Shown here: positions 12,200 to 24,644 of the stretch, in pieces
How positions within the stretch are numbered: position 1 is the first letter of the stretch
Layout of the letters: the number at the start of each line of letters is the position of its first letter
From: Sminthopsis crassicaudata
Lineage: Eukaryota
Assembly (NCBI RefSeq): GCF_048593235.1
Contig: NC_133621.1
Location: forward strand, 35,765,148 to 35,829,147
Length of the DNA: 64,000 nucleotides
Direction of reading: 5' to 3'
The notes under the pieces: generated by a model
What the model saw: the letters and a program-made list of their open reading frames with translations, nothing else
What the model was told of the DNA's origin: nothing
Database searches by the model: none
Translations under genes and position numbers: made by a program

Positions 12200-12420
12200 A
12201 TGTAGGCAGCTTGGAGGCCTAGTAGAATTCAAATTCAGCCTCAGACACTCACTAATCTCTGTGACCTTGGGCAAGTCATGTAACCCTGTCTGCCTCAGTT
12301 TCCTCATCTGTAAAACAAGCTGGAGAAGGAAATGGAAAACCACTTCAGTATTTTTGCTAAAAAAACCCAAATGTGGGGACATAATGAGTCAGACAGGACT
12401 AAATAACAGATATGAACTTG
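12200..12420 (+). mobile_element. MAR1-type CORE-SINE
   Basis: CORE cctcagtttcctcatctgtaaaa followed by ctggagaaggaaatggaaaaccacttcagtatttttgc...gagtcagacaggactaaataac. Confidence 0.85.
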
Positions 12421-14574
12421 AAATTAGCCAATATAGATGTAGCTTGTAGTTGAACTTGGGCTTGTGTTGCTTGGGCTCAGATGGGTTAATATCATTCTGG
12501 TCATGCAAATTAGGAAGGAATGAGAGAAATACAGGCTTAGAGGTCTGGGGCAGACTTCTTTTCACTGTAGTTGGTCTGGTGAAGTCCGTGTAGTTCTCAA
12601 AATTATGTATAGAGTATTATGTATTAAATATAGAAAACGAAATGTGTAGGATTACAAAAGAAATTTTGTGTATGGAAATAAAGATGTAATTCCTCTTATC
12701 CCCCAAGGTAACAGACTTTCTAACAGTCTATCTGAGGTTAAGATCTTCTGATTTAGAAAGAGAGCATTGGCTGGAACAGAATTAAAATCCTACTTCCTGG
12801 TGACTCTGTGATCTTAGACAAGATTTTTAAACTGTATTCAATTAGGAATATAGACTTCCTCAATTAGGAAGGGAGGCAGCTACCTAGCCTCTATCTCTTC
12901 CATCTCTAAATTTGTGACCCCTCAGAAGGAACCCTGCAGGTAGTCTCCTCTGATCTTTTCAATTTACAGATGAGTAAACTGAGGCTTTGAAAAGTTGTCC
13001 AGAGCATTAAGGGGCTGAATCAGAATTGCAGCCTTTTTATTTGGCTTGCGCCACTACCATTTTTTTGTCCTTTTTTGGGGGGGACATTTATGTATAAAAT
13101 GAAGTAGCAATGAAAACTCAAACCCTGCCTAGGAGTAAGTGGAATGCTGGGAATTGGATTGGATAAGGGAATGCTTTAACTTCTCCCTGAAGAGAATTTT
13201 TGGTGATTGTGTATCTTTTTTTGATTTGTGAGACTAAAGTGCAATTTAGTCTATTAATGAACTTGGTGAAGCTTTTTTTCAAGGTTCACTTTGGATGTAG
13301 GGCTAGATGAGGGGCAGCTGTGGCCAGGATGCTTCCAGCCTCCTGTAACCCCCAGAACAGGTGTTCTCTTGTTCTTTGATTGTCCCCAGGAAGGGAGAAT
13401 GAGGAGTGAGGAACACTAAATAAACGATCACGTTATGGTTGAAGGGTGGGGCTGTTGCTGTCTGGCTGTTTTAATGGGTGTCATAGCCAAGAGTGACTAA
13501 TAGACTTTGTAAGCAAAAACACTTGGGGCAGTGTGAGATCATAGGTTCATGGATTCAGAAATGCAAGGGACATTTGGAATTATCTACTCTGAGGCCTCTG
13601 GAAGTGAGCCCAAAGAATGGAGCAGCTAGTTTTTGTGATGCTAAGGGACAGAGGAAGGCATTACAGAACCTGGGACATGGACAGGATATATTCTGCCAGA
13701 AAGACTTTAGCTATGTTGATGCTCTTGGACACTTTTTATTGATTTTTATGTTGCTATTTTACAGTTTTACTCACTTTCTTGGTTTTTTACATCATAGTCT
13801 TTCCCCTTTAATCTTCTCCTTTTTGGGGGGGGGGAGAAGAGAAAGTTTGGACCTGTGAGTTCATTATTGTAGGAATTGCCAGGTGAGAACACCTCTATTA
13901 ATTCTTATTGTTAATCTTTTGTAGCTGACAGCCTTTACATAGTTGCCTGGACCACTGAGTAGAAAAATGATTTGCCCAGTGGTTAAATGACATCTTGTAT
14001 ACATCAGAGATAAAATTTGAATCCAGTTTTTTTTTTCTGACTCTGAAGTAACACAAAAAAACAGAAAACTGGTGGAATAAAACTGTTTGATTCAGTGACT
14101 ATCTGATGGCATAGGCCACATTCTGTATCCATAGTCCATCATGACTCCTCTAGGAAAAAAGTATGGACAAAAAAAGAAAATACTTAATTTACTTTTTCTA
14201 TCTTCTCCCTTTCTGCTTTGGATTTTATTTCTTGATATCCATTAGAGTGTTTGGTGATAATTTTTTTATACCTTTGTCACTAGTATTCTGATGTCAACAG
14301 GTGGGAAGTCAAAGTATGCAGAAGAAAATTCATATTTGTAATATTATAATATTTATAATAATATTTATTATGCATTATTACATATAAATTATATAGTCTT
14401 CATCAGTTTACAAAATGCTTTCTCAGAGAATCATTGAATTTACTTATATTAAGAGTCAGAAGATGCAGCTTATAGAAGATCTCATTTCATCTAAAGCTGT
14501 ATACCATTGAGTAAATCTCTTTACCTATTTGAGTTTTAGTTTCCTCATGTATAAAATAAATGATTAAATTGAAT

Positions 14575-15150
14575 ATTCTTTTTTAAAACTCACAAATTTA
14601 TTTTTAACATTCATTAAAAATTTTTTTGAGTTCCAAATTCTGTTCCTTCAGCCCCTCCTCCACCCACTGACAAAGCAAGTTATATGATCTCAGCTATTCA
14701 TGTGAATTCTTACAAAACATTAGCTTGTGTTGCAAAAGAAAAAGCTGGAAAAATAACAAAAGTGGAAAAAGTATTCTTTAATTTGTACTCAGAATTCATC
14801 AGTTTTGAGTTCTAAAGTCACTTTTTCCTTCTCTCTTCCCCCCTTTCTCTTTCTCTCTCCCCTATTCCCATCCTGAGACAATAAGCAATTAGATATAGGT
14901 TATACATGTGCAATTATGTACAATATTTCCATAGTAATCATTTTGTGCAAGAAGATGAAAAAGAAAAAGAATAAAGGTGAAAATAGAAGGCTTCAGTTTA
15001 TATTTAGATAATATCAGTTCTTTCTTTGGAGGCAGATAGTACCCTTCATCATTAGTCCTCTGGGATTGTCTTGATTGTAGTGCTGAGGATAGTCGAGTCA
15101 TTCACAGGTTTTCATTGAACAATCTTTCTATTACTGTGTACAATGTTCTC
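14575..15150 (-). mobile_element. Marsupial L1 3' end(s), degraded; probably two stacked 3' fragments
   Basis: T-rich start, ttccaaattct...cccctcctccacccactgacaaagcaag, and atcagttctttctttggaggcagatag are L1 3'UTR antisense hallmarks. Confidence 0.8.
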
Positions 15151-16701
15151 TTGGTTCTGCCTGTTGTATTGAGGAAGTAGCAAGATATAATCAGATATTA
15201 AAAGTCCTGAGTTCTTGTTCTATCATTGACTACTTCTGTGACCTTGGACAGCTCCCTCAATCTAAACCTCAGTTTCCTCACTTGAAAAATAAGGCTAACA
15301 TAAGGTCTTGGGATCACATTTTACAGATGAAGAAACTGTAGCACATAGAAAGTGAAATGATTGAAGTCACATCTGCCCTTCTTTCTTCATAAGACAGTTG
15401 TGAACATCAATTAGTAATGTCTGTAGGTAAATGAGCCTTGGAGATTGCCAAGTGATAAACTAAGTCAGGGAGAGGTATTCTGTTTCTGCTTCAGGGCAGT
15501 TACCCAGGTTTGTAGCATGATGACTCCAGTCTAGTGTCTGAATCTAGGTCTAGCAATTGGTTCTTCAAAACCCCTTTTCAAAATATAAAATGTCCTGATA
15601 ATCTAAGCTTATCCTGCAGAGGGCTTCCAGTTAGCCTCCTACTTTCCTTCCCTCACTTTGACTCCTCTTAACTCTTCTGTCTCTCTTATACTTGGTTCTA
15701 AATTCTAAAGGTCCATGTGGTAATTATTCAGATATTATCTGAAGGGGCTCCAGGATCCAGCCATCTTTGAGTATGGAGGAAGTCATCATCCCTGGGTATA
15801 GTGAAAAGAGCTTGGGTTTGGATCCATAGAATCTGACTTTAATGTCCAATTCTGACTCTTGGGAAGAGTCACTTCCATTTGCTCATCCATAAAATGAACA
15901 GGTTGGGTTAGTTGGATGTCTCAGCTTCCTTCTAGTTCTGAATCTTATGAGCCATGCTTTGTTGAATGAATGAGTCAATATAGTAAAGAAAGAATTAGTC
16001 TTTTAACAAAGAGGATCCATGCTCCTGAGTGTAGATTTTTGGTGGAAATGCAAATGTTGAGTGAGGCAGAAGGACATGCTAGTATAGAGTGAGAACAATG
16101 AGGTTTCACTAGTGGAGGAAACTCCCCTGGTGAGAAAACTCTCCCGATCCAGGTGAGTCCCTTTTTGGCAATTTGCAGTCTTGGATAAAGGCTTCCAGTG
16201 TTGACTAGTTGTGACTCGCCCAAAGGTTTTGAAGCCAATGTGTGTGTTGTAGGAATTACTCAAACTCAGGTTTTTCTGGCTTTGAGGTCAGTCCTTTATA
16301 TACTACAAAGACGGAGTGACATAAGAGACTGGGCTTGAAGTCCTGGTCCTGCCACTATGGGCAAGTCACTTTATATTTGCATCTCAGCTCAGTTATCTGT
16401 AAAAAAGGGAAGATCAGATTAAATGGCTCTTTTTAGCTTTAAACCTATGTTCCTAAAATCCTAAATCATTTAATGTATCAGTGCCCCAAGTAAGTTTTTT
16501 TTTTTTCTATTAAGGCATAGATGAGTTGACAATCTGTAGCAATGGGGGTAGACTCCACACAGAGAATTTCCATGATGAAACTAAAAGTCCAAATTTAGAA
16601 AACAACAACAAAATATTCATGCGTGACAGCTCATAGTCACTTAACAAAAGTGAATTATGAGCATATGGAATAAGGTAAAATAAATTATTTGCTTACTTTA
16701 C

Positions 16702-16848
16702 TTTATTTATTTGCTGAGGCAATTGGGATTTAGTGACTTGCCTAGGGTCACACAGCTAGGAAGTGTTAAGGGTCTGAGGCCAGATTTGAACTCAGGTCCT
16801 TCTGACTTTAAGGCTGGTGCTCTATCCACTGCTCCATCTAGCTGCCCC
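16702..16848 (-). mobile_element. WSINE1-type SINE, full length
   Basis: Reverse complement reads ggggcagctagatggagcagtggatagagcaccagcc...gagttcaaatctggcctcag...caattgcctcagcaaataaataaag. Confidence 0.88.
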
Positions 16849-17619
16849 TTATTTATTTAATTTTTAAAATTTACTTTTTTAATACCTTGGAAAGCTGGTT
16901 TTTACATATTTGTGTTAAAGGGGAATGGAAACTATGTAGAAAACTTTACAAACATTGATATAATCAGTAATTACAACTTTTTTCAACATCTTTATTAAAA
17001 AAAATTAGCCACCCTCTGCACTGGGGAGGTTGGATTGAGTTTCCTCTGTCTTGTGCACTTCTAGAGGAGTTATCTTAGGTCAGTGGCTCAGCTAGAAGTC
17101 ACTTAGACCAAGGGAGGAGGAGGAGAAAGAGGAGGAGGAGGAGGAGGCAGAGACCCATGTAAGCATGTGTTCTAGACAGGTGAGCCTTTTTATTCTTGTT
17201 ATGGAGCCTACTGGCTTGAAGATGATCTGGACTTCTAGCTGGTTTGGCCCACACTGACTTACCATGCTTATGCAATTTGTAACAATAATACTAATAACTA
17301 GCATTTGTGTAGCACCTTAAGGTTTGCAAAGTACTATTGCTATAAACTATAAACTATTTCATTTCAGTCAATCAGTGAGCAATTAGGCACCTATTATGTG
17401 CCAGGCATAGGGCTAAGTGGTGGAGATACAAAAAAGGCGAAAGACAGGAGCTTACAGGTTCCTGAGACAGGTGCTACTATTATTTCAGAGATGAGGGAGC
17501 TGGAGAGGTTAACTAAGTCCCTTGGCCCAAGTAAATGTCTGAGGCAGAATTTGAACTCCGGCCTTTCTGCCTCTGAAGTCCAGCAGTATCTGGTCCTTCT
17601 GCCTTCAATACAGACTCTG

Positions 17620-17925
17620 TTCCCCTTCCTCCATCTTTTTTTTCCCTTCAACTCTTTCTGTACACTCTGATCTGATGACATTGACCTTCCTGTTGTTCCT
17701 TAAATGCAGCACTATTTCCCAGCTGTATGTCTTTGCCCTGACTGTTCCCTGTGATCAGAATTCTTGCCTGGGACCTGCAGGCTTCCTTCCAAAGTTAGCT
17801 CAACCTTTTCCTTCCCCAGGAGGCTTTTCTCCTTGCAGGGACCACACTTTTGCCCATCTTTGCATTCCTGCAACTCAGCAAAGTGCTCACCACTTACTTA
17901 GTTGGAGCTTAATATCTGTTGCTGC
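17620..17925 (+). mobile_element. L2 3' fragment (representative of many)
   Basis: gaccttcctgttgttccttaaatgcagcac...ctgttccctgtgatcagaattctt...ttccttccaaagttagctc resembles the L2 3' region. Confidence 0.65.
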
Positions 17926-19859
17926 TTGTTGAGATCTTCCTTATCTGTAAACCGGGCAATTGGTGAGTCAGTAAGCATTTATTAAGCACCTACTGTACAT
18001 CAGGCACTTATCCCAGGACTCATATGAAAAAGGGAAGTACTTTCAAAACTGTCAAGTGATACAGAAATGTAGACTATGTAGTATGACCTCTCTTTATCTG
18101 AGAGTCTGATTTTCAAAGGGCCAGATCTCCTGGTTCTCTGCCTTGGGGTCTCACACAGGCTGCTGCAGTACTCACTGTTTGATTGCTCTGGGAGAACATG
18201 GAGGTTATGGATGACAGGCGCTTGCTAAGTATTGGGGGCTCTTCCAAGGACATTTTGCCGAAGGCTAGCCTTTGGGCTAGCCCTTCTCATAATCTAGCCC
18301 TTCCTTACAGAGATTGGCTGGAATGTGTGCAGAGACCCATCAGTCACATGGCTTCTATTACCACAAATGACAAATAGCTGCCATCTTATAATTGGGCTCA
18401 GCAGAGAGCCGGCTGCTTCTCAGGGGTGGAGCCCCTCTTGTTATTTAGTAAATATTAAGTGCCCACTATGTGCCTGTGATTTATGAAGTACCTACTATTA
18501 AGTGCCAGGCACTCAGTTAAGCATTGGAGGTTTAAAAAAAAAAGAGGCTAAAGTTAGTCAAGGAGCTTACCACCTAACGAGGGAGACGACAAGCAGACAA
18601 ATGTGTTCAAATAAACTGTGTACAACACAAATAGGAAATAAGAGAGGGAAGGAGCTAGAATTAAGCAGAGTTGGGGAAACTTTAAATAGCAGGGAAATGG
18701 GCAGAGGAAGACCTGAGGGCTATGAGAATTGAATGAAGACAGAGAACAAATTCAGGAGAATAGAGAGATGTCGAATGATGAGAAGTATGGATCTAAGGCA
18801 ATAGTGTTTTTTCTTTTTTTTTTTTTGGCAGATAATAATAAATTGTGACTGAGGAAGAAAATTTAGTGGTTCTAGAACTGAGCCTGAGTCTAGATGCTAG
18901 AGGAAATAAAAATGACCATATTCTCCTAATATTCTCTTTGCATTATTAATTGCCATTAGTAAAATTGGAAATATTCCAAAAAGTCGTGTTTTATAAGTTG
19001 ATTTAAAAAACAGGGTCTGCTTTCTTATGGACCTCTTCCACCTGTTGTCAGGGAATGGCTACTGCTCATGCTGAGGAGGTCCCCTAACTGTGCTGACTGG
19101 ATATGTTACATATTTATGCTTTTCAAGCTCAACTGGATCTCACGGCAACGAGGCCATCCACATGGACCCCTGGGAATATGGTTCATTGTTGGACACAAAC
19201 TGTTAACTGAGATTTACCTAATCTAAGGCTAGTTATGGACAGTGTGGTCATTGACAAAATGCTTGGAGATGCTTCAGTGGGAGTTTAGTAATTTGCGCAG
19301 CCATCCTACCTTCCTCTCTCCCTCCCTCCCTTCTTCCCTCCTTCCCCTTTTGTCTCTTTCTCTCTCTCTCTCCCTTCCTTCCTCCCACTCTCTTCCTCCC
19401 CCAACCTCCTAGATTTTGCTTTAGCAAACTCAGGCTGGCAGGAGGACTGGCAGGGAGATAGAATTAACTTTTATTTCTTCTGTGCTTCAAGGTTGGAGAA
19501 GGCTTACGCTTATCACATGTGATCCTTGAGGTCGATCTGTGGTAATTTGTACAAATAGGAATAATCAAGATGGAGATAGAAGGGGAAGCGATTTTGCTGC
19601 TACCTTGTTAAATTTTACATAAATTTAAGCAACTATGCTACATACAAGAAACTCCTGGTTCCATTTGCAATAGAAATGTCTTTGTTAACTTCATAATAAA
19701 AGAAAAAAAAGATAGCTCCCATAGATTATCTAATTATGCGTGGAAAGGATTTAGAGGCTGTTTTGTCCACCCTCTTGTTTTCCAGATATGGATAATAAGG
19801 TTCAGAAAGATTAAATGACTCTGGGCATTTGAATCCTGTGACTCCAAATCTAGTGTTAA

Positions 19860-20110
19860 GGGGAGATAGGTAGCTGGGAAGTTCTGTGCACAGAGTGCTG
19901 GGCTTGGGCTAGGGAAGAACTGGATTCAAATCCAGCCCCAGACACTAGCTGGCAGATCATTAACTCTGTCTGAGTTTCTTCATCTGTAAAATGAGAACAA
20001 TAACAGAATCTACTTCCTAGGGTTGTTGTAAGAATCAAATGAAATCGTATTTATTAAAGAAAATAAAAGTTGTGAGCACATACTAGGTGCTGTATAAATG
20101 CTTATTCCTT
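19860..20110 (+). mobile_element. MIR, near full length
   Basis: gaactggattcaaatccagcc...tttcttcatctgtaaaatgagaacaataacagaatctacttcctagggttgttgtaagaatcaaatga. Confidence 0.8.
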
Positions 20111-23100
20111 TTTCTTCCTTGTGGGTTCAAAAGTGGAAGAAAACTGGGGGGGCATTTAGACCAACTCCCTTCTTCCCCTTATTCGACAGATGAGGAAACT
20201 GAGTCTCAGAGAAACAAAGGGATTTGATTTGGGTGTGGAAGGAACATTTCTCAAATAACTTACAAATCTTGAATTCCCGATGTCTGGAGCAAAGAGACTG
20301 GGCTCACCCAACTTCCTGCCATTGACCCACCAGGAAACATGCTTTCCCAACTTTCCACTATTCTTTCTTCCGAGTTGAGAAGGGGAGAGATTCCTGGCCA
20401 GCTCCCTCTGAATATTGAGTGGTTTAAATTTCTCAATGAGCATTTATCTTAGACGCTTTAATGTTGTGGTTTGTATGCTTGGGTTTAATGAATTAAATGC
20501 TATCGAACCCACTCATCCCTTTGGCCTGGATCCCAGCTCGTTTTAGCTGAAACCCTCTTCGGTGAGAAGTTACTTAATATACCCATGGCCAGATAAATGC
20601 CTCCGGTTCTAAAGGCAATATTTCTTTATGTAATGTATGTGTTCTTAACGAATTTTGTATAATTTGTAAAGGCAAATCTGCACGACTTGCAGAAGTCACT
20701 TTCATTTCCCTAAAGGAAAATGAATTTTTTAGTCTTTTTTTTTTTTTTTTTTTTTGTGGTATTTGGCTTATCTAAGAGATATTAATGCTTGTTTCAACAG
20801 AGAGACAGACAGATGGAAAAATGTGGCCCGGAGAGACACAGTAACCATCCACTGTTTATATCATAGCCTCACTATAGATTCTTGCTTCAGTTGACTGGTT
20901 AACCAGACCAGACCTCCATGTGATAATGAATCCTGGATATGTTCATTTGTTCCTCCTCTCCTTACTCTGTTCCCACAACATATTTTGTGGCCAGATTGAA
21001 AGAGGCAAGACTGATTCCTCCTCATTTGGCCACGTGTTGGAGCACAAAAATGTTTCCTATCTCATTTTCCAGCAGATACTGAGATAATGACGTGACTAGT
21101 TTGAGGGTCTAGGCCACTCTCGGTTTAAGGTTTTCCTTTCAAGGCTTGTCAGCAGTGATAAAAGTAGGATCTTTCAACTGGAGCTTTGACCTTTTGGGTG
21201 ATTGGTATATTTTGACCTAAGGTACCCAGGATGGAGGGAGCATCTTTCTTGGGGTACTATTAATGCCCCTGGGATTATAGTCCCATAGTGTAGAGCAGGA
21301 AGTATCCTTAGAGGCAATCTTGTTTTACAGATAAGGAAACTGAGGTCCAGGGAGAATGAGACATGTTCAAGCTCATACTGGCAGGAGGTTTCAGAATGGG
21401 AGAGGATGATGGGGGAGAGCATGAGCGAATGAGATTGTGAGCTGGCAGAAGACAGACTGGGGAAAAGGGATGCCTCCTTCCCCTATTTGGTTCTAAGTGC
21501 TGTGCCCACCTCCCCACCTTAGTTCACTGGGCTATTGCCCCTCATCAACTGTTTTTGCCCCAGGGGAATTGAATCAATCAACAAATATTTATTATGAATT
21601 TACTGTGTCCCAGGTACTAAGCTAAATGCTCAAAAAGCTCCTCATTCCACTCCTGCTTGTCCAATATATTATCAAAGGGATGTTTATTTGGACACATCTT
21701 GACCTATATTACCCACAAACCTATGTCGCCTTCTCTCCCCCACTCTGAGCTTCTGGGATCCTGTGACTTTTCCCTCCTCCTTTGCTGGAGTGACCTTCTA
21801 AATAGCTACACTTGAGGGTTAACCAGGCAGGTTAAGTATTAACTCATCAGGCAGAAGGAAAGAATTTCTGGTTAGCTAAGACACTGAGCTAAAAAAGACA
21901 GGTCTGGTAAAAGCACGAGTGAGCGGTTTGGATGGAGACAGTAAAACTAACCCTAAGGAAGGCTCTTGGGTCGTGCTCTTGACCCTGTTTTGCAAGCTTA
22001 TGAAAAATCTGAATTTTATATAGGAATTTGAGCTTTTGACAAAATGAAAGATTGCTTGTCAAAGTGAGTATGAGGGATCAGAAGGTCCTCTCCAGGTCCA
22101 GACTGCAAGCTGCCATGGCAAATCTTGCCTCATTAGCCCAATAGTTGGTTTTGGGGGATCATCATTTGGGGATGGAATCCTGGGGGTGACTTCTTGCCTA
22201 ATGGGACCACTTTTTCTCTATGGCCTTACCAAGCAAGCTGGGAAAAACTTAAGCAAATGTAGATTAAATTTGAAGAGCTGACATTGAACTCATTCTTCCT
22301 CCCATGCATATTCTGAATTAACTGTGATTCTTGGGAGCAAAAACCATCATTTAATGAGCAATAACTGGCTTTCACTGCTTCAACTCACTTTTTTGTTCAT
22401 CCCTTTTTGAAGTTTAGAGAGAAGAGAGCTCCTAAATTTTCTGAAGGCAAATTTAGTTTTTTTATAAAAGAATATTTCACTTAAAGGGACCACTCAGAGT
22501 GTGGTCAATTTAATTTTGGGGTCTCTATTCCAAGCATGGAATCTAGAAGTTTGATTAAGAGCGTTGGCTATGGAGGCAGAGCATGATGTTGGGTTTAACT
22601 TCCCTCAGCCTCAGTTTCCTTATCTGAAAAATGAGGAAGTTAAACTAGGTGACCTCTAAGGACCCATCTAGATCTTGACTAATTAGGGAAAACAACACAA
22701 AACCCTACTTTAATGGGTAGGTTGGTATTCCCATAGGGTAAAGTGCTGCACCCATAGGGTGATTGCTGCAGTTTACCTCTGACTTATCTGGGACTTTTAA
22801 AAATACTCCCAGGATAGGAGACAGTGGGGTGGTGGGAAGGAAGTTAAGATCTGAGTTCATCTCTCTAGGACCCTTAGCTTCATCACTGGTAGGAATAAGG
22901 ATCTCTTTATTACCTTCCTCATAGGGTTTCATTATGAGCCCCAGATGGAGACCTCTCTAATCAATCGTCTGATTTCAGGAGTCTGGTTTCCTTTCCTTGA
23001 TTTATGGTGGATTTTTAACATTGTGGTTAAATTCCATGGCTTTTCTGGCCCATGCAATAAAAACAAAGTAACTGAAAGTGAATTCCTGCCTCCCTATCCT

Positions 23101-23419
23101 CCCTTCTATCTTGCCTGGAACCACAAATGCTCTTTATTTTTTTTTTTAATGGAAAGTCTCCAAAAATACTTCTCCATAAGAATGTGAACTCCTTGAAAAC
23201 AGGGCTTCTTTCTCTCTTTGAATTTCCAGCACACCAGGCTTTGTATCTAATAAGCACTTAATAAGTGCGTTTTCCTTTGTTCATCCCATACACACCTGTC
23301 CTGCTGACTCTGCCAGGTTCCTGCTGGATCACCTAGTCATATCCTCATTTGGCCTGTGATTTGCTTTAGTGAGCAGGTCATGTAGATATTGACCTGAGTC
23401 ATGATAAGCATAATCCCAA

Positions 23420-23660
23420 CTAAAATTCCACCTTCTACAGGAAGCCTTTCCCAGGCTCCTTTGTTCCAGTGCCTTTCCTCTCTTAATTCTATTCTCTTTT
23501 ATTCTGTATATAGTTTGCTTTGTATATATTGATTTGGATGTAATATCCCATTAGACTATAAGCTTTTTGAGGACGGGGATTGTCTTTTACCTCTCTTTGT
23601 ACCTCTACTATTTAGAACATGGTAGACACTTAATAAATGTTGGTTGAATAAATGAATGAT
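23420..23660 (+). mobile_element. L2 3' end
   Basis: caggaagcctttccc...ccattagactataagctttttgaggacggggattgtc...cacttaataaatgttggttgaataaatgaatga. Confidence 0.8.
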
Positions 23661-23904
23661 TTAGAGTCAAGTCTGGGAATAGATGAGTAAAATTGTATAG
23701 TTGGATGTTAGGCAGTTGTCTTACCGATTCTCTGCCTCAAAAGAGAGAATCTTTGTTTCATTTTGGAGGGGAAGCAGTTTGATTGTGTTTTCCTTTTTCA
23801 TAAGTTTTTCTTTTCTCCACGGGGCCTTGTTCAGAGCTAGGAGAGAGGCAAGAGCACCTGACTGAAATTCAGGGGACATGAGTTCTAAATGGGTAACATT
23901 TTTT

Positions 23905-24644
23905 ATTTACCAGATATATGCAAGGGTAATTTTTCAGCATTGACCCTTGCAAAACCTTCTGTTCCAACCTTTCCCCTCCTTCCCCCCACCCCCTCCCCTA
24001 ACTGACAGGTAATCCAATACATGTTAACTATGTTAAAGTATATGTAACACAATATATGTATACATATTTATACAGTTAGCTTGCTGCATGAGAAAGATCG
24101 GATCTAGAATGAAGTTTTTTTTTTTATTATATATATATATATATATATTTTATAATATTATCCCTTGTATTCATTTTTCCAAATTACCCCCCCTCCCTCT
24201 ATTCCCTCCCCCCGACGACAGGCAATACCATACATTTTACATGTGTTACAATATAGTCTAGGTACAATACATGTGTGTGAATATCATTTTCTTGTTGCAC
24301 AATAAACATTAGAATCCGAAGGTACATACAACCTGGGCAGACAGATATTAGTGCTAACAATTTTCATTCCCCTCCCAGTGTTTCTTCTCTGGGTGCAGCT
24401 ACCTCTGTCCATCATTGATCAACTGGAAGTGAGTTGGATCTTCTTTATATTGAAGATCTCCACTTCCATCAGAATACATCCTCATACAGTATTGTTGTTG
24501 AAGTGTACAGAGATCTTCTGGTTCTGCTCATTTCACTCAGCATCAGTTGATTTAAGTCTCTCCAGGCCTCTCTGTATTCCTCCTGCTGGTCATTTCTTAC
24601 CGAGCAATAATATTCCATAACCTGAATGAAGTTTTTTTAAAAAA
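23905..24644 (-). mobile_element. Older L1 3'UTR fragment (outer element of a nest)
   Basis: 14-bp TSD GGGTAACATTTTTT at 23891-23904 and 24645-24658. 23905-24106 has L1 3'UTR antisense character. Confidence 0.8.
24122..24623 (-). mobile_element. Young 5'-truncated L1 (~500 bp) nested in the older L1
   Basis: 15-bp TSD GAATGAAGTTTTTTT at 24107-24121 and 24624-24638; T/(TA)n tail; L1 3' end sequence. Confidence 0.92.
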